64,000 nucleotides of DNA, taken from positions 1,302,001 to 1,366,000 of the forward strand of contig JAYWIR010000032.1 of the NCBI GenBank assembly GCA_036172245.1. The letters are read 5' to 3'. This stretch comes from Raillietiella orientalis. Taxonomy: Eukaryota. Positions 50,201-64,000 of this stretch are shown here, one piece after another. Under the pieces are notes generated by a model. That model saw only the letters and a program-made list of their open reading frames with translations, did no database searches and had not been told where the DNA came from. How positions within the stretch are numbered: position 1 is the first letter of the stretch; every line of letters starts with the position of its first letter. A program made the position numbers and the translations under genes.

Positions 50201-53200
50201 AAAACACGCATCCGTACAGGACTACGAGTTGTATACAGCTGGCTTCTCTCTACATATATTAAGCTCAATATGAAAAAAAAAAAAAAAAAAACCTCATCGT
50301 TTTCGGCGGAAGCTTTTCCAAAAGGAACCACTCGGGATGTTTAACTGAAATATTTTTTCTTACAAAGAAAAAATGTTTCTCTTCGGTTCGGAAACGGGCC
50401 GACTGGGATGCATGCGTTCTGCAACAGCTCTCGAGATGGCAGCATCAGACCGAAAAACGATCCGACCTCTCGATAAGCACATCGCGAAGCGAAAGGGGTA
50501 ACTGATAAACAAAATTACTTACTAAAGTCCTCGTGTTGTTTGGAGAACTTTCTTCAGATCCTTCCATTACAGAATGATCGTATACATATTCAAATCTGTC
50601 TAATCGATAACAGGATCCTAAACAGCCACAGGAAACTACTACATTAATTCCATATGATCCTAAACATGGATGCCAATTATAAGTTGATTAGCATAAGTAC
50701 CACATCTACCGTTCGGACTGTTCACGTGACGAGTGGTGTTTTGTGTTGGCTGGCATTGTAGATCTGAAGGACAATATGTATTGGTTAATTAAATTCAAGA
50801 AAAGGCTAATTATTCAATCAGTGTTCCTCCCAGCATCATTCTAGAACAAAATTGATTGCGGTCCTAGAGGCGCTGTGCTTGCGCGAGATCAGCGCAGCTC
50901 GGAGCAGTCGAAGCGCGAAGACACGTTTCATCCTTCACACGACCATTTCGCGGAAGATTGCGGCTACCCACTCAGATTCGTGATGCTCGTTTTTCATCTT
51001 ACGAACGTGCGCGCACGGTACACGCCGGCCCGACGCGTGCACCTTGTCCCTGCGCGTGTCGCGTGGACACAGTCAGTGCAATGCACAAGCACGCGGGTGT
51101 CCACTCTCTGGTCGCCTCCCCCCCCCCCCCCGACTTCTTGCGGTTTCTGGGAACCGACTCTCTCAGCTTCCCGGGGCGGCCACGTCCGCCCCCTCCCCCG
51201 CTCCCATGCGCGTGTACGATTTTCCCCAGCCGGTGGTGAACGCTATGCATCCGAGATGCATCATCCGGCGTCACGGAGGATCCCGTTTCAGAGGAGCCGG
51301 AAGGTTCCGTTCCTCTGGAGAATCTCTTCCTCTCTCACGCCCCGCAGCCGCGCTCCTGTTCTGTCTCCCTCATCCCTTCTTCCGAGGAGGGCGTCAGTCG
51401 TATGCCCCCTCTGCCAGCCGCAGTGGGAGTGACGGTCACCGGCAACGGATAGGTCGGTCTCCGGGAACGGGCGTGCTGCGAGCGCTCACCCGTTCCCGGA
51501 GCGGGCGATCCTCCGACCAGACTCCTTTTTCGAAAGGCCTTCCGGCCGCGGTGACCCGCGGTTGCACTCGTCTGAGGCAAAAAAGGAGGGCAGGTGGGGA
51601 TGAGAGGGGGGAAACGGAGGGGGCATGTCGGGTCGAACGACACTACTTAGGTGGTCCCTGCAATCAGCACGGAAGCCCACACAAGCAGGGCGCGCGCCCT
51701 CCCGCGATGCGGACGGACAGCGCGACGATAGCCGCTCCTGGGGCGTTGCTTCTTTTCTCCTTTCCCGCCTCCGCGCCTGAGCGCGAAGGTCGACGCGGAG
51801 CCGAGGGAGCGCGCGCTGGCGGCTTCCGGTCAAGCCGACCCGCGATCCCAGGGTCGAAGGAGCATCTCGTCCTACAAGAGGGCCTCTTCAGGAGGTCTGG
51901 TCCAGCCAGTGGTTTCATCATCGCCACAAAGAAAGTGGCCTCCAGACGGACGGGGTTTCGCCCTCCACAAGCCAAGGACCATCCCCGACCCCACCCCCTC
52001 CATCGTCAAGTGTCGTTGGAAAGGGAGAGCGGCGGGCATCTCGGGTGACCCGAGACTGGATTACAAGGGCGACCTCCTCATTCTCCTTTCCGCTCTGAGG
52101 GAAGTCTTGGGCGACACAGCGAAAGAGTTGCAGCGTCCGCGGACGTTTCGATCGGCCGGCTTGTGACCATAGGGGGAGGGGGGAACTCTTGCAGGCTGGC
52201 AGGAGGGAGGCAGGCACGAACCAGACTTGGTCCCGACCTCTTTCGCGGGCAAAAAGTCCTGACCCCGGTTCTCTAAGTTCTTGCCGGTGAGCTGGCCTCG
52301 CTCGTCCGAGACACCGGAAACGCATCGGGCAGCAGAGCACCCGCGAAAAGAGAGCTGACGAGTGTGGATACACCCTTCCGGCATCCAACTCGGAATTCAT
52401 TCGTCTTCGCTGCTTCCCCAGCCCGAACGAAACAAAAAAAAGCTCTCTCAAAGGGAAAGTTTGAAAAGAGCGCGTTCCAAGGGGTGGTGGAACCGGAAAA
52501 CCGCGAGGGAGCGAGGGTGGTAGACCGACGGTTCGAGAGAGAGCCGGGAAGCGGGTCAGAAACATCGCGCACGGGAATCTTTCGGTAGGGGAGGGGGAAG
52601 CCTATCGAGCGATGCAATGCACGCGAGCAGCACCTCTCACGAGATCCGAAATCTCGGCGCGGTGTCCTCAGTGTGCCCCCTGACAGGCCTCCACAGTTGT
52701 GCTCATCAACCGCATCTGTTTATTTTCCAAATTCGAGCTTCACGAATTCAGTGCCAGCTCTCTACGAATTTATTGAGTTCGCTTCCTTCCCCCCTCCCCC
52801 CCCCCCGGTCCTTGCATTGTTTCTGCCCTCTAAGGAAAAAAAAGAAAAGGGGTGGGTGGGACGAAATCATGGACAAAGCAGTATGGTTTCCTGTGGCTTG
52901 CCACTGGTGTGTGTCACCAATACAACTTTAGCACGGGAGGACAGAAGCCTCGCAGAGACAGCAGCGGTGGGTCACAGACCTCGACAAGGTGTGTGCCCTT
53001 CCTGTTTAGTTTCAAGTGGATTCGGACGCTGAGCTTCTCTTCTGGCTCCCACCGCAAGAGTTTTAACTCAATCGTCGCCGTTGCAAGAGTTCGCTCATCC
53101 GATTTCTGGCGAAGCGTTGAAATCCGTTCCAAAAAACGGCTGTGGCTTTCTGCAACTGCGACAGAACGTTCCGACATGCTGGAAGCTTTACGGCTCATTC

Positions 53201-56200
53201 GAACACGTGCTGTTGCTGAAACTGTGGTCAGAAACTGCGTCCTCTTCTCCGAGGAACTCTTCACGTACTAACAGTAGCAAATGTTCTGGAAGATTGCTCG
53301 TAATCCTGCCAGATTGGGACGTGCCACAACGATCTGCATATTTCTTTTTCTTTTTCTTTCAATATCGCATTTAATCATTTTTTTTTTTTTTTTCTTCCCC
53401 CTGCAGGAAACCAACCATTCATGCTTCTCATCATCGTTTACTTTTTCCTCTTCGAGATGAGAATCATTCTGACGAATTTCCGAACCGATGACAGTTTTCG
53501 CAGGCAGGCTATTAGAAATGTGATAACAGAATGTTTAGTGGGATGCAATTATAGTAGTGCACGAAAAAAAAAAAAAAAAAAAAAAGGTGTACAGCTGACA
53601 AAGATATGCGACATAAAGGCAACCGAGAGAGTTTGCGCACGTTGCCCCGGTTACCGTCTCATGTATTTATAACTTACAAGAGAGTTTCCATGGAGCAACT
53701 CATTGGTGGAATTTCGGTTCAGATTATTTTATGTGCCTTACGTTCGTGCTGAAATGCCCGATGATTCGTTTCTTGTACTCCTGTGTTCGCAAATTTTGTG
53801 GTGAAAGTTGATGCAAAACTAGTGTTTGCAAATTTTCTAGTGAAAAATTTTCGTTGGCTAAAAACAGAAACAGCAGGATCGGGAGCAATTAGCTACAAAT
53901 ATCCGTGTGAGGCCAAGTGACATTCAAAAACATCTTGGTCAAGTTGCTGTGGTTGTTTTTTTCCCCTCCCTCCCCCCTCACGTAAATATTCTCGACCACT
54001 TTCCTTTAAACATCAATCTTTAAGCACATTAATCTTCCTCAAAAACAGGTACATACAATTCAAATTTCACAATAAAGACTGGAAGATTATCGAAAGCAAT
54101 TTTTTTGTAGCATAAAGAGAGTTTTTTTTTTTTTTTTAATAGGAGGGGGTTCTTTAATTGCATTATTTTTATAGCAGAAAAGACACGAAAATTTTCGATC
54201 TTTCCGATCTGGTTTAATTGGTGGTAGTAACAAATTTGTCGTTTCATCTGTAGCGCATGTCGGGCTACGGCGTGTGGCAATCCTGCACACATTAAGTGTA
54301 TGTGCACGTTTCGATGTCTCTAAATGTGCGTACATTTTCAAGAAGAAACAGAATAAGGGTTTATGTAATCTGAAAACGGACTTTCCACGTGGCATGGCAG
54401 GAAAATTAAAGAAATTGCTTCGAGATCTAATAAAATTGTTACGTCTGCCATCTTAGCACGGCAGAAAAAAACAAATAGTAAACGTGGGGAGGAAGGGAAG
54501 GAGTGGGTGGGAAGGAAGAAGGGTTCTGTCAAGTTTTGGGGGGGGTCCTAACCTGCTCGAAAAGGATGGATTGCCTGATTTTCTCGATTTTTTTTTTTGC
54601 CTGCAAATCTGCAAACGGAAATAAACCCCATTCTGATCTTTCCGGTGTGCAGACCCATCCAAAATGGACCTGTAGCGTGCGTGTGACTGCCACAAGGCCG
54701 AGTTGCTCTGCTTTGCGGTGTCTTTTCGACCGAAAAAGTGACCCGTCAAGTACCAAGGAAAAATACGATCCGAATGTGGATGCATAAATCGGCAGATGCT
54801 GGTCCTCCCCCCCCCCCCTCCACTCAGCACACGGGGGAGGCGAATGGATGGCGAATGTATTTCGTTTCATTTTATTTTTTCGCTTCCTTGCCATCGAGAG
54901 TTTTTTTTTTTTTTAAAAAAAAAAAAATCAGATCCTATCGATCGGTTTCGCCTAGCCACAGTAAGTGAGCCAGTCTGCATTTGTCGAAACTTGTCCGCCA
55001 TCTGAACGGTTTCGTGTGCGCACTGCTGTGCTAAAACTGCACGTCGCATTTAGGGATGCGAAAAATCTGCGGCAGATTTCGATTCCGATTTCGCAATATG
55101 TAAGCGCCGTAGCGTTGCATTCGGTAAGGACGGAGATTTTTTTTTATTTTTTTTTTTTTTACCTTGAGAGCATTGTCCAGAACAGGTTCCGACATCTATA
55201 AGCTCTTCAAAAGGAGTTCCAGGAAAATAACGAATGATTTCTTCTTTTCTCTTACATGGACCGTTAGTTGATTCACACTTGCAATCTTCAATGACTGGAA
55301 CTTCACGCAGACCTTGAGTGGTGTAGCGACGTTCCAGTCGTTGGATGCTGGGTACGCACAGAGAACCGGGGCCACAGGCGTCTCGGTTGTGTATGTCTTG
55401 CAAAATCTAATGGAGATCAAAGTGTCTGAGCTGTTGCAAAGAGTCGCAGGCCGAGGGGCGGTCGCGACGCGGAACGGGTGCTATCCGAGCGAAAGGTCGC
55501 TGCCTTGCCCAGAAAGGTTCGCCCGGAGGAGGAAGGGGGGAGGGGGAGGAACCGTTCCCGATTTTCCCTCCCGGTCTCCCGGTGCCGCTTCCCATCTGCG
55601 CCTGCGGCTCTTTTCTCCCAGGTCGCGCGCGCACGCGCTCTCGCGAGAACGAGGAACCTTGGGCAACCCGACCCACCCGCGTGTCCGGCGATCGGAATGC
55701 TCGGCGTGAACGGGTCACGTGCTGGAAAAGCGCGCGCTTGCGCTCTCTCTCGAAAAGCCACGCCGGAGTGTTCCCGTCGCCTTCGCCGCGCGTCTTTTTT
55801 TGGCTTTCCTCGCGAGCACTGCGCACTGCCGGTCCGCCTCGGAGAGAGGCGACACGCGCATCGACAAAGGGGCGACATCCTCCCGCGAGGGGACCCAAGA
55901 AGCGTAGGACCGATTCCTACTCGAAGGTGGAGTAGCATCTTCTCCGTTTCTTGCGAACCCCCCACGGCTTCCCTCCCTCTCCCCTCCCCCCTCATCTTCT
56001 CTCAGTTTTCTTCGCGCTTGCGACGGGTGCGTGCAGCTGAGCATCGCCGGCTATTCGTCTCGAGGAGTTGTCAAGGCGGCAGCCGTCTGACCTCCCGAGA
56101 GGAGACTGGTCGCTTCGAGGTCTCCGGGGTGCGCCCTCGGAGTCTCGCGTCTCGCGAGCTGGAAAAGGGAGGAAGTCCCGCGGGTACCGGGGTTGGCAGG

Positions 56201-59200
56201 CGTTGCACCATCTCTCTCTCTCCTCTCTTGGGTCGCGCTGTCCGTCGCCATCTTCTCCTCCCTGGTGCGCCAAGCGAACGAGGACGGCGTCAACGCGAGC
56301 GGAGCGGCGCTGCTCGCTGCCCGAGGTCAGACCCAGGCGCGGGCCTTTCTGCGGAACTGGGCCCGCGGCTGCGGAAGGGAACGCGATCTCTCCTCGGTTC
56401 GAGGACCGCAGGACGAGGACACGCGGACTCTCCCGGAGAGACTTCCGGTCGGAGCGTTCGCAAAGACCGCGAAGGATCCGTTCCGTTCTCCCCCCCTCTT
56501 CCCCCTGCTTCCAGGGAATCCCCCCCCCCCCTTCCTGAGCGGGCGGCGAAGCGCCCCTCTGCCCTCGTCCCCTGAGATCCTCCAAGTCTATGAGGATGCT
56601 GCATACCCTTCCGACCATGCCGGCACGCTCAGAGCACTGCGAGGAAAGGGGAAGAGGAGGTTCCTGTCGGGAGCGGAAACTGCAACAGCGGTCCGGAGCC
56701 TCTGAACACCAAGGAAGGTCTCCAAAAGAGGGGAACTGCTCCCCCGATCCTTGAGATCCCTTCACCATGTCCCTTCTGCTTCCTCGGATGCCGGGCTGGA
56801 CCTGGACGAAGGCTCTTTCGGCTTTGGGGGGCATTGGCAGCCCTCTCAGGCTGGGAGGGCTCTCCTCCGTCCGTTTCAGGAAGAGTCGGAGAGGTAGCCC
56901 AGTGCGGTGAACGGGGAGGAGGAAGCGTTGGGGTCTGAGGATGCTGGAGATGAGGGAGGAAACCACCGGGAGGAACGGACTGCTTCGAACCGATGCTCCC
57001 TTGTGGGCCTCATGGCCGACGCCAAAAGGATCGAGTAAGGAACGAGGAAGTCGGATGAGTAAGTGAAGAGGAGGAGGAGGAGCATCAGCACCAGCATCTC
57101 CTTACTTCCGAATTTCCTGAGTTCACGCCAGTGCCGCAATTTCTTCCCTACCCGACGAAAGAGGAGGAGCGAAAGCTCCAGGAGGGCTGCGTACGGGGCC
57201 GACGTCTTCCTCTGCTTCCGTGCCTCCTGCTCTCTGCAGGACAGAGCAGGAAAGGTTCAGAGAAACAGCTGGTTCTTCCCTCGCACGAGATGCTGCTCGG
57301 ACCGCCTTTATCCTCCGGCAAATGCGCTCACTGTTCCTCTCTTCCTGTCCCTCCTCCACAACCAAGATTCAAGGAATTCGGTCCCTCCGGGAGGGCCACA
57401 TGTCGAGATCCAGGGGAATGCACACGTTTCCCCCGAGGTTGCATGACGATGGGTCGCAGACCTCTTGCACATCAGGAGGCGGCGCGTCGACATAGCCGGC
57501 GGCCAACTGCTGCTGCTTTGCACAGTGAGGATGAGGGGCTTACAGGAAATGGCAGGGGGCAAGAGTCCGAGGCGCTAATGGCAAAGCGCTCGGTTCGCGA
57601 CACATTCGTATTTGGATGAATTTTGAAGAATTGTCGGAAGCAGGAACCCACAGGATCCTGGAAGTCCACTCTTTCTCCTCCCGCCGCTTCAGGCCTCTTT
57701 CGTTTTCGTCCATCACTGAGACACACTCCTCTCACCTACGCTCCTTCGAAAACGGGTACGACAGCGCTGGTAGTATCTGACTGCACCCTTCCATGTAATC
57801 GGGAAAGCAACGGCGGGAAGAGAGCAGGGTACCTCCGTTTTCGTTTCCGGGAGATGGCGGCATTGCCCGCTTCCTGCTAACCCACAGCTCGGACGAGACA
57901 CAAACATGGAAACCACCTCTCCTCCTCTCCCTTCCGTTCCTCCATAAAGCGTTTTTTAACTTGACATCCAATGCATCTTCCAACCTGACCGCGGATAACC
58001 AACGGTGAACTCGAGGGGTTCCATAAAATCCAAGACCAAAGGCCCCATGATCTCACAAGGTTCCGTGCAGCCTCCGAACCGATATAGGATTTATTGTCAC
58101 TCTTAGAGAACTGCGGACTGAGTGAGTGAGTGAGTTCGAGGCAGGCACACACCTCGGTCATGTTTAGAAAAAAAGAGATATCTTTCCAGGACAGCACGAG
58201 AAGTACGTTCCAGTGAAGACAGGATCGCTGCAAACGGAACGTGGGAATGAGGACGAAGGACGTGCCTCGGGACTCCTTAGAAAGTATCATCTCAAAAGGC
58301 GTTCCAGAAGTCTTGGATGGGTCATTTTCAGACAAATAACTATCTGCTGGAAAATGTGCACCCACTCTTTGAGATAGTTCACACTTTTCGATTCTTAAAT
58401 ACGCTGTTAATTCGAAACAGCATTGTGCAGACATCATTAGGAGCTGAAATGTGTTGCACCCCAAATCTGTAACTACCACAGCTGATTCGCTTGCGGGCTC
58501 TTAGCCGAAAACGAAAGAAAGAGACTTTGATAGTGATAAATAAAAACTAACTGTCTCTTCTGTATTGTTTGTGTTTCCTATGCTAGCTAATCTCAGAGGT
58601 CTGCGAGCCCATTAGAGAAAAACAAGATTTCATGAGCAAAGACAAGGCTAATGGTGTCTAGCTTTTGGCTCCTTCCTGAGGCAGCGATTTGCACAACGAG
58701 CCTTTGTGGGAAGAAGGCACCCAAACATGAAGATAGATGAAGAAGGAGGTGAGTTAAAGGTTGAATCCTGGAAGGAAGCCTCCCCCGATTTCATTGCTGC
58801 ATTCTTGATTCCTCTCCAGGAAGAAAGCAGGACTTGATCGAATGCACCGGGGAGTAGCTCCACACCGATACAAAAGATGAAGTGTGAAAAAGGCAGAATG
58901 GGCTGCTTTAGCCCCAAATGAAGAACGCCATGCTGAAAACAGTCAGCAAGATTGCCTTTTCGGGCAATGAGAACGTCAATTTTTTTCCGTATGCTTGCAA
59001 CAGGAGCTTGCAGAAATGTTCGTTGAGATGAAAGTCTCAAAGCCCGTGCAAACAGCAAGTTTGCTGTTTCGTGCCCATGAAACAGCTTCCAAACTGGAAG
59101 GAGCACTTGTGCAACCACCTCTCATCATTCTTATGCAACGCGAACCTTCCATGAGAGTTCAAGAGGCAAAGGAAAATGGGTCCTGTTACCTACATCTTTA

Positions 59201-62200
59201 CCGCATTGCCCGTTTTCACCACGTTGCAGTTGCTTTCCACAATATTTCCCGCATTCTGCTTTCAGCGTTGGAATTGATTCGAAGTGCATCCGTGCTAATC
59301 CTATTAATTTATTATTCCCTTTTCTGAAATACAAACTCCCTTCACAAGATAGGAAACGAATAGATTGATTTAATACGTTTTACTGTCGGTCCGTAAAAAA
59401 AAAAAAAAAAAAAAAGTCCTTTTTACTCGTGCCTATCGACTTGCATTCACTGAAATGCAAAAAGAAGAAAAGTTTACGTGTGATGGTATTTAAGCCGTTT
59501 AGAAAAAAAATAAATGAAGCACAATTGGTTCTCTCTTACAGCAAAGCTTGGCTTCATGGATTTATGGTTTCTCTTTCTCGGAAGTTGCATTATTATACAA
59601 TTATGATAAGCACTAAACAATTACATCAATTAAAGTGAAACTGTTCCAATGAAGGATTTCACCAATAAGCCAGCAACTGCATCAAAAAATGATCAGCCGC
59701 TGAGATGAGACTACATTTCCGCTGGAAGAAAAGTATGTACCTGAATAACCGGCAACCGGCTCTAATTCGGATAGTGTACGGTGAGTCCACTATGCGTACA
59801 CGAATGATGAACACGAACACGCCCACATTTATGAGAAAAGGGGGAAACTGCACTAAATGCACTAAACACCATCAATAAAGTCAGTCAGGTTGCGTCTTCA
59901 GTAGCCTACGGGGCGAACCTCGTGAATTCGCAGCCCGCGCTATTTTTGGATCTTCAACAATGGGCGTTCGAAAGAGCGGTTGGCCTGGAAACGGCTCCGG
60001 AGGAGTGCAGGGTTACCTATGGTTCTCGGGTTGTGGAACCAGAGCCGGGGCAACATGGTCCATTTCGAAAGTAGGAGGATGGGCAGAGGATTCTCAGGTG
60101 TCCCTATTTGAGTGGGCTTCCTAACCTAAATCCATGTTTCGCAAGCCAGAAGAATAGGTTTCCTGCGTCCCCATTTTCATGCTTGTCACGGACCTGATAA
60201 GCTGTATGGTTCTCAAAGCTTACTGGTCTTTCGCTATTACCTTCTTCGTGTTCTCTTTTAATTTCCTTCCACAGGAATTTGAATGCTTGAAAGCAAAAAA
60301 ATTCCCAGACTAAGCGGCTGGATGAACGCTGTTTGTCGGCAGTTAGCAATGGAAAAGATGGTTCCACTCTCGAGGAACAAGGGGTCTTCGCGGAATTTTC
60401 AATCTGCATCAATCTGTACGTGATCTCCTCATGTAAAAACCGAGGACTGTGAGATGACCTAGGTGCAACAGGATCCGTTTGCAAACACAGCAAAGGCCTG
60501 AATTGCCACCGGTTATGTAAAATCAAGTACACTCCTGCAGCCGTGATCTTCTCGCCTGTTCAGTCGAGCCCGTGTCCCAAGGAGAATGCACAAAGACATG
60601 CGTCGGTGATCTGTCGGAAAGCATCCGCGTGTACCCTCGTCTTCCAGAGTGGTGTGCGGGATGCCATTTCATGCCAGGAAAAGACACACGGGAAGAAGTT
60701 ATCTTTCCGAAGCTCTCGAGGTAAAAGTCGGATTTCGAGTCCACGGGCCTCGATCCAGTTCGAAAATTCAGGAGCGCCAACTCTTAAGCGAATCTCGATG
60801 GGAAACTCGGAGGTATCGATTTTTTCTGAAAATCGGTTTTATTTCTTGAATTCAGGCTCCCTCAACGAAAAAAAAAAAGAAAAGAAAAGAAATTTCCTAA
60901 CGGAAACCTCTAGAAAACGGGAACGTTTTCTAGACTACGATGCTCACTTGGAGGAGACTCTCCCCCCCCCCCCTTCTTCACTTTTGGTCACTCAAAGGGT
61001 TTCCAAGTGACCAAGAATTAAGTCTTGAGGAGACAGGAAACGATTTTGTACTAGTCCTCCGGAAAGGACGTAACGACCCTTGACCTAACGAAGGCTGTCG
61101 AGAATGGTAATGTCAAATTTTTAAGTGCAAGGAAAAAAAATCCATAGGGTTTGCAAAATTTCACAGTGAGCTCTCCGGGCCTGAGTTAAGCTATTGGAGC
61201 GTTACTGATAGCTTAGTCAATCATTTCAAGCAATGCTGATGGAGGAGGAGGATGCGAATTCTCATTAGAAGCACAATGCATGATTTTCTATTGTACGCTT
61301 TACCCCAATCTGTTTATGGTTCCGTAAGAGTTTCCTCACGCTGGTAGTTTGTTTACTTTTTTAGCTCGTGGGAGACTTGGCAAGGATGCAGTGGTTTAAT
61401 CCAGGGGAATTTCTTGTTCGTTTAGGAATGCAGCGGTCAGTTATCCGATTCGAGATTCACTGAAAGGATGGTTGGTGCTCGTCAAGTAGCAAGTCTTTTA
61501 GGTTGCAACTCCGTAGATACTCCTCCAGAAGAACTGGAAAACGACTTGCTGTTGCTGTTGAAGCCTCTAAGGGGTCGCCTCCCACAGTAAGAACCACATT
61601 TATGTTCCTAAACTTGGAACAAGGCAGAGACGTCAAGGTTTCGTATGGTGAGACGGTTCTGCACATGACCAAAGCTCCGAGCCGTTCCCTGGTCAGGCCT
61701 CGCGCTTTCACCGTCATCTTTCTTAGGGTCGGTGTCGTTTTATGTCGCAAGTGTACCAAAACCGAGTACGCATATCAGGAGTTTCGTTTCAAGAGAGGCA
61801 TCACAAGCCAGGGTTCAGAGTATCCGGGCAGGATTCACCCCAAGGAGCGCAGGACAAAAGTGACCCGGCTCGGCTCAGTCAGGCACTTGTTCGAAAAGAC
61901 AGGGATTGAACTCGACCTGCAGATCAGCAAGCCAAGCCCTGAGGTCGATCTTTGGTTTACGAAGAGCAAGTTGATTCTAAGTATCCAAAGCAAAATGTAC
62001 AAGGGGAGGAACGTTCCTGTTGGGTCTCTTTTTCACCGGGCCCAGCTGGGATCCGCTTCCATCACATTTTCTCCGCTCCTTCCGGAGGCTGCGACTAGTC
62101 TGATCCATGCGCCTGCTTTTACCGCTCCGTCTCAGAGCACATGCGGATACTTCGTTTCCCTACTGCTTGAAATTCTAATGGTTTCCAGATCCATCCCTCG

Positions 62201-63191
62201 ATTGACTTGTCACCAAATAAGAGTGATTACGGGTTCATCATTCCTCTTGTCTCCCATAATCTTCCAATTGCATAGTTACAACGGCAGTTTCTGCTTATCT
62301 TTCGATCGCTAGATGTTCTACGTCATTTTTTTCTCCGTTTCTCAAGAGAGTTTCCGTCGATACCAACGAACACTGCGTCTCGCCTCCCTTGAAGAGGACA
62401 TGCAGCCGCGAAGAAGGCTCTCCGATGACCGGATAACTGAAGCAGTGAACCCTGCGTAGCTGGTTGATGTGACCTCACGAGATGACAAAGCAACAACCTA
62501 CATTCTGTGACATCGGGTGCCCGCGGACCGCTGCAGTTTTCCAAAAGAGAGAAATGCTCCAGAACGCTTGCGCCCGCCTGATAGATTCCTGACGCCGTCT
62601 CTTGGATACAGTCTCCGAGCATGCCTTGGGTCAAAGCCTGTGACCGACCTTCTCTTTAACACGTCCGTCCCAACAGCGTCTTTCTGGCATCACGTCAACC
62701 CTGCGCGATCCGCTCGCCTTCCGCAGCAGCCTCCGTGTCGGAGTGGGAACGCCGCTCGATAAGAATTGGTGAGCTCTCTTCCCCGGCTGGTGTTGAGGCA
62801 TCTTTTTACACGGAGCACAGTCCACGGCAATGACGCGTGCAGCGCATGTTCACAAGCAAGGTTCATTTTTTCTTCTTCTTCTTCTTCTTCTTCTTCTTCT
62901 TTTCTTCCCCTCCCCCCCCCCTCCCCCTCTTTCCGAAAAAAGCTGTGCGTGCCGTTGTCGTGGTATCCAGAGCCGCGAAGCTCGGCGCCTATTGACAGAC
63001 GGGAAGGCCAAGTACGAAAACAAAACAAAAAACAAAAAGAAGCAAAAACAAAGCCTTCTGATTGCACAACTTAAGCATGGATTGCATGGCTGTACACTCG
63101 CACGCGTTGTTGCGGCGGCGGAAGGGGAGGAATTCTGTTGCCATCAGTGTAATCAGGAGTCGTTTCATCAATTCGTTGGGTGCATCGTCCA

Positions 63192-63224
<33 letters not shown>

Positions 63225-64000
63225 CGTCCCCCCCTTCTATCTTTCGTTTTCTCTCCCTTCCTCGAAAAGAAAAGAATGAAAAAAAAAAAAAAAAAAAAAA
63301 AAAAAACGTGTCTTCTTACTGGAGTCTTCATGGGCGCGTATCGGTTCGACCGCCGCTTCCACGCAGCTCGTCGGTGCGCGCGGCGGGCGCGCGCGCAAAC
63401 GAATTCGGATGGGGGGGGGGTCTTCCTGCCTGCCGTCCTGGGGCGACAGAGCTAGCAATCGAGAGCTGCCAGCGGCCCTGGCGAGGTGGTGCTTAAGCGC
63501 GCGCGCGCGCGAGCCAAGAAGGGTAGCGGCGGGGACCCTTGGAGGAGGAGGAGGAGACCCCGCGTTTCCCTTTGCCGATCCGCGAGCGACCACCGGTCGC
63601 CTGCGCACACGAAACGGAGTGAGAATGGGAAAAGCTACATACTTCTTCAGCTTCAGTTAAATTGCTTAGGTCCAACCCCTTTATGTCTCGGAGTACGTTC
63701 TGGTAGACGCCGTGGCAAGCTTTCTGGCACCTCCCGATGTCGAGCAGCTGGTCCTCTAGAAAAGGGGAAGAAGAAGAAGGAGGAGGAGGAGGAGGAGAAG
63801 GAGGAGAAGGAGGAGGAAAAAACAAAAACAAAAACACCCCATGGTGGCGGGTCTGCGAGCGGGAAGCGCCAGGACCACGGTCAACTTCCCGCTGCTGAAC
63901 GCGTCGACGCGCGTCTTCCGCTTCGCACGCGCGTGCGCAAAGCTCCAACAATACAGCGCCATGCACCCGACAATGCGCGCATACCTATTTCTTGCAATCC
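46841..64000 (-). CDS. pnhd: Pinhead-like secreted cysteine-rich protein (three repeats), 5'-partial
   Basis: Phase-compatible exons: 64000-63985 (tentative), 63755-63643, 55406-55163, 50763-50710, 50659-50523, 47120-47059, 46985-46841. They give three repeats: LDIGRCQKAC...CVP...VIEDCKC, IDVGTCSGQC...CQP...VVVSCGC, INIGACVGVC...CNP...SIQECQC. AATAAA on minus strand at 46628-46623. Position next to ADMP supports the call. Confidence 0.85.
47224..47270 (+). repeat. (CT)n microsatellite
   Basis: Continuous TC/CT run in a Pinhead intron. Confidence 0.95.
48195..48777 (-). repeat. Dispersed ~600-bp repeat with tRNA-like head (SINE-like), copy B
   Basis: Minus strand GGCCGCATGGCTGCGGT...GGGTTCGAGTCCCACC. 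Body colinear with 40897-41520. Confidence 0.75.
56750..57150 (-). mobile_element. Possible decayed CR1/L2-like LINE ORF2 tail
   Basis: LRKFGSKEML...Y...HRFEAVR...LGYLS resembles the post-RT region of CR1/L2 elements. Confidence 0.3.
61420..61760 (-). mobile_element. Decayed LINE apurinic-endonuclease remnant
   Basis: NVVLTVGGD...LEEYLRSCNLKD...P followed by SRI(G) resembles APE motifs I.GGDFN / L.D / SRID. An RT-like IMGPLVLDFMEPL lies downstream on the same strand (about 58052-58010). Confidence 0.4.
62871..62900 (+). repeat. (CTT)n microsatellite
   Basis: About 10 tandem CTT units. Confidence 0.9.
63194..63221 (+). repeat. (CT)n microsatellite
   Basis: Continuous CT run. Confidence 0.9.

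Noticed and set aside
51044..56575. 334-aa and 365-aa plus-strand ORFs inside Pinhead introns
   Set aside because: Arg/Pro/Gly-rich composition typical of GC-rich non-coding or decayed TE DNA; no domains.
1..64000. Prokaryotic systems (CRISPR, defence operons, prophage)
   Set aside because: The sequence is clearly intron-containing animal DNA; no repeat-spacer arrays or bacterial-type genes seen.

Overview
Animal genomic DNA, protostome/arthropod-like by inference; the species cannot be fixed from sequence alone. The genome is compact, with most introns only 35-53 nt. The AT-rich left two-thirds holds housekeeping genes: DNAJB6/Mrj (+), D2HGDH (+), PHB2 (-), RNPS1 (-) and RBM33 (+). The GC-rich right third holds a dorsoventral-patterning cluster: a multi-exon Pinhead gene (-, 5' end outside the window) directly upstream of an ADMP gene (-), and a second, divergent ADMP paralog facing it tail-to-tail (+). 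The best signal missing from the ORF track is a U12-type AT-AC intron in PHB2. It contains a complete U85-like composite C/D-H/ACA scaRNA whose two guides match U5 snRNA loop 1. Other points: PHB2 starts only about 210 nt after the RNPS1 stop and has its own orphan splice acceptor (shared first exon or operon-like processing). The RBM33 C-terminal RRM appears cut by an in-frame stop. Two inverted copies of a tRNA-headed repeat bracket the ADMP pair. Intergenic and intronic space holds decayed Gypsy, LINE and MITE remnants. All gene models were built by hand translation, and homology calls come from remembered family motifs, not from database searches.
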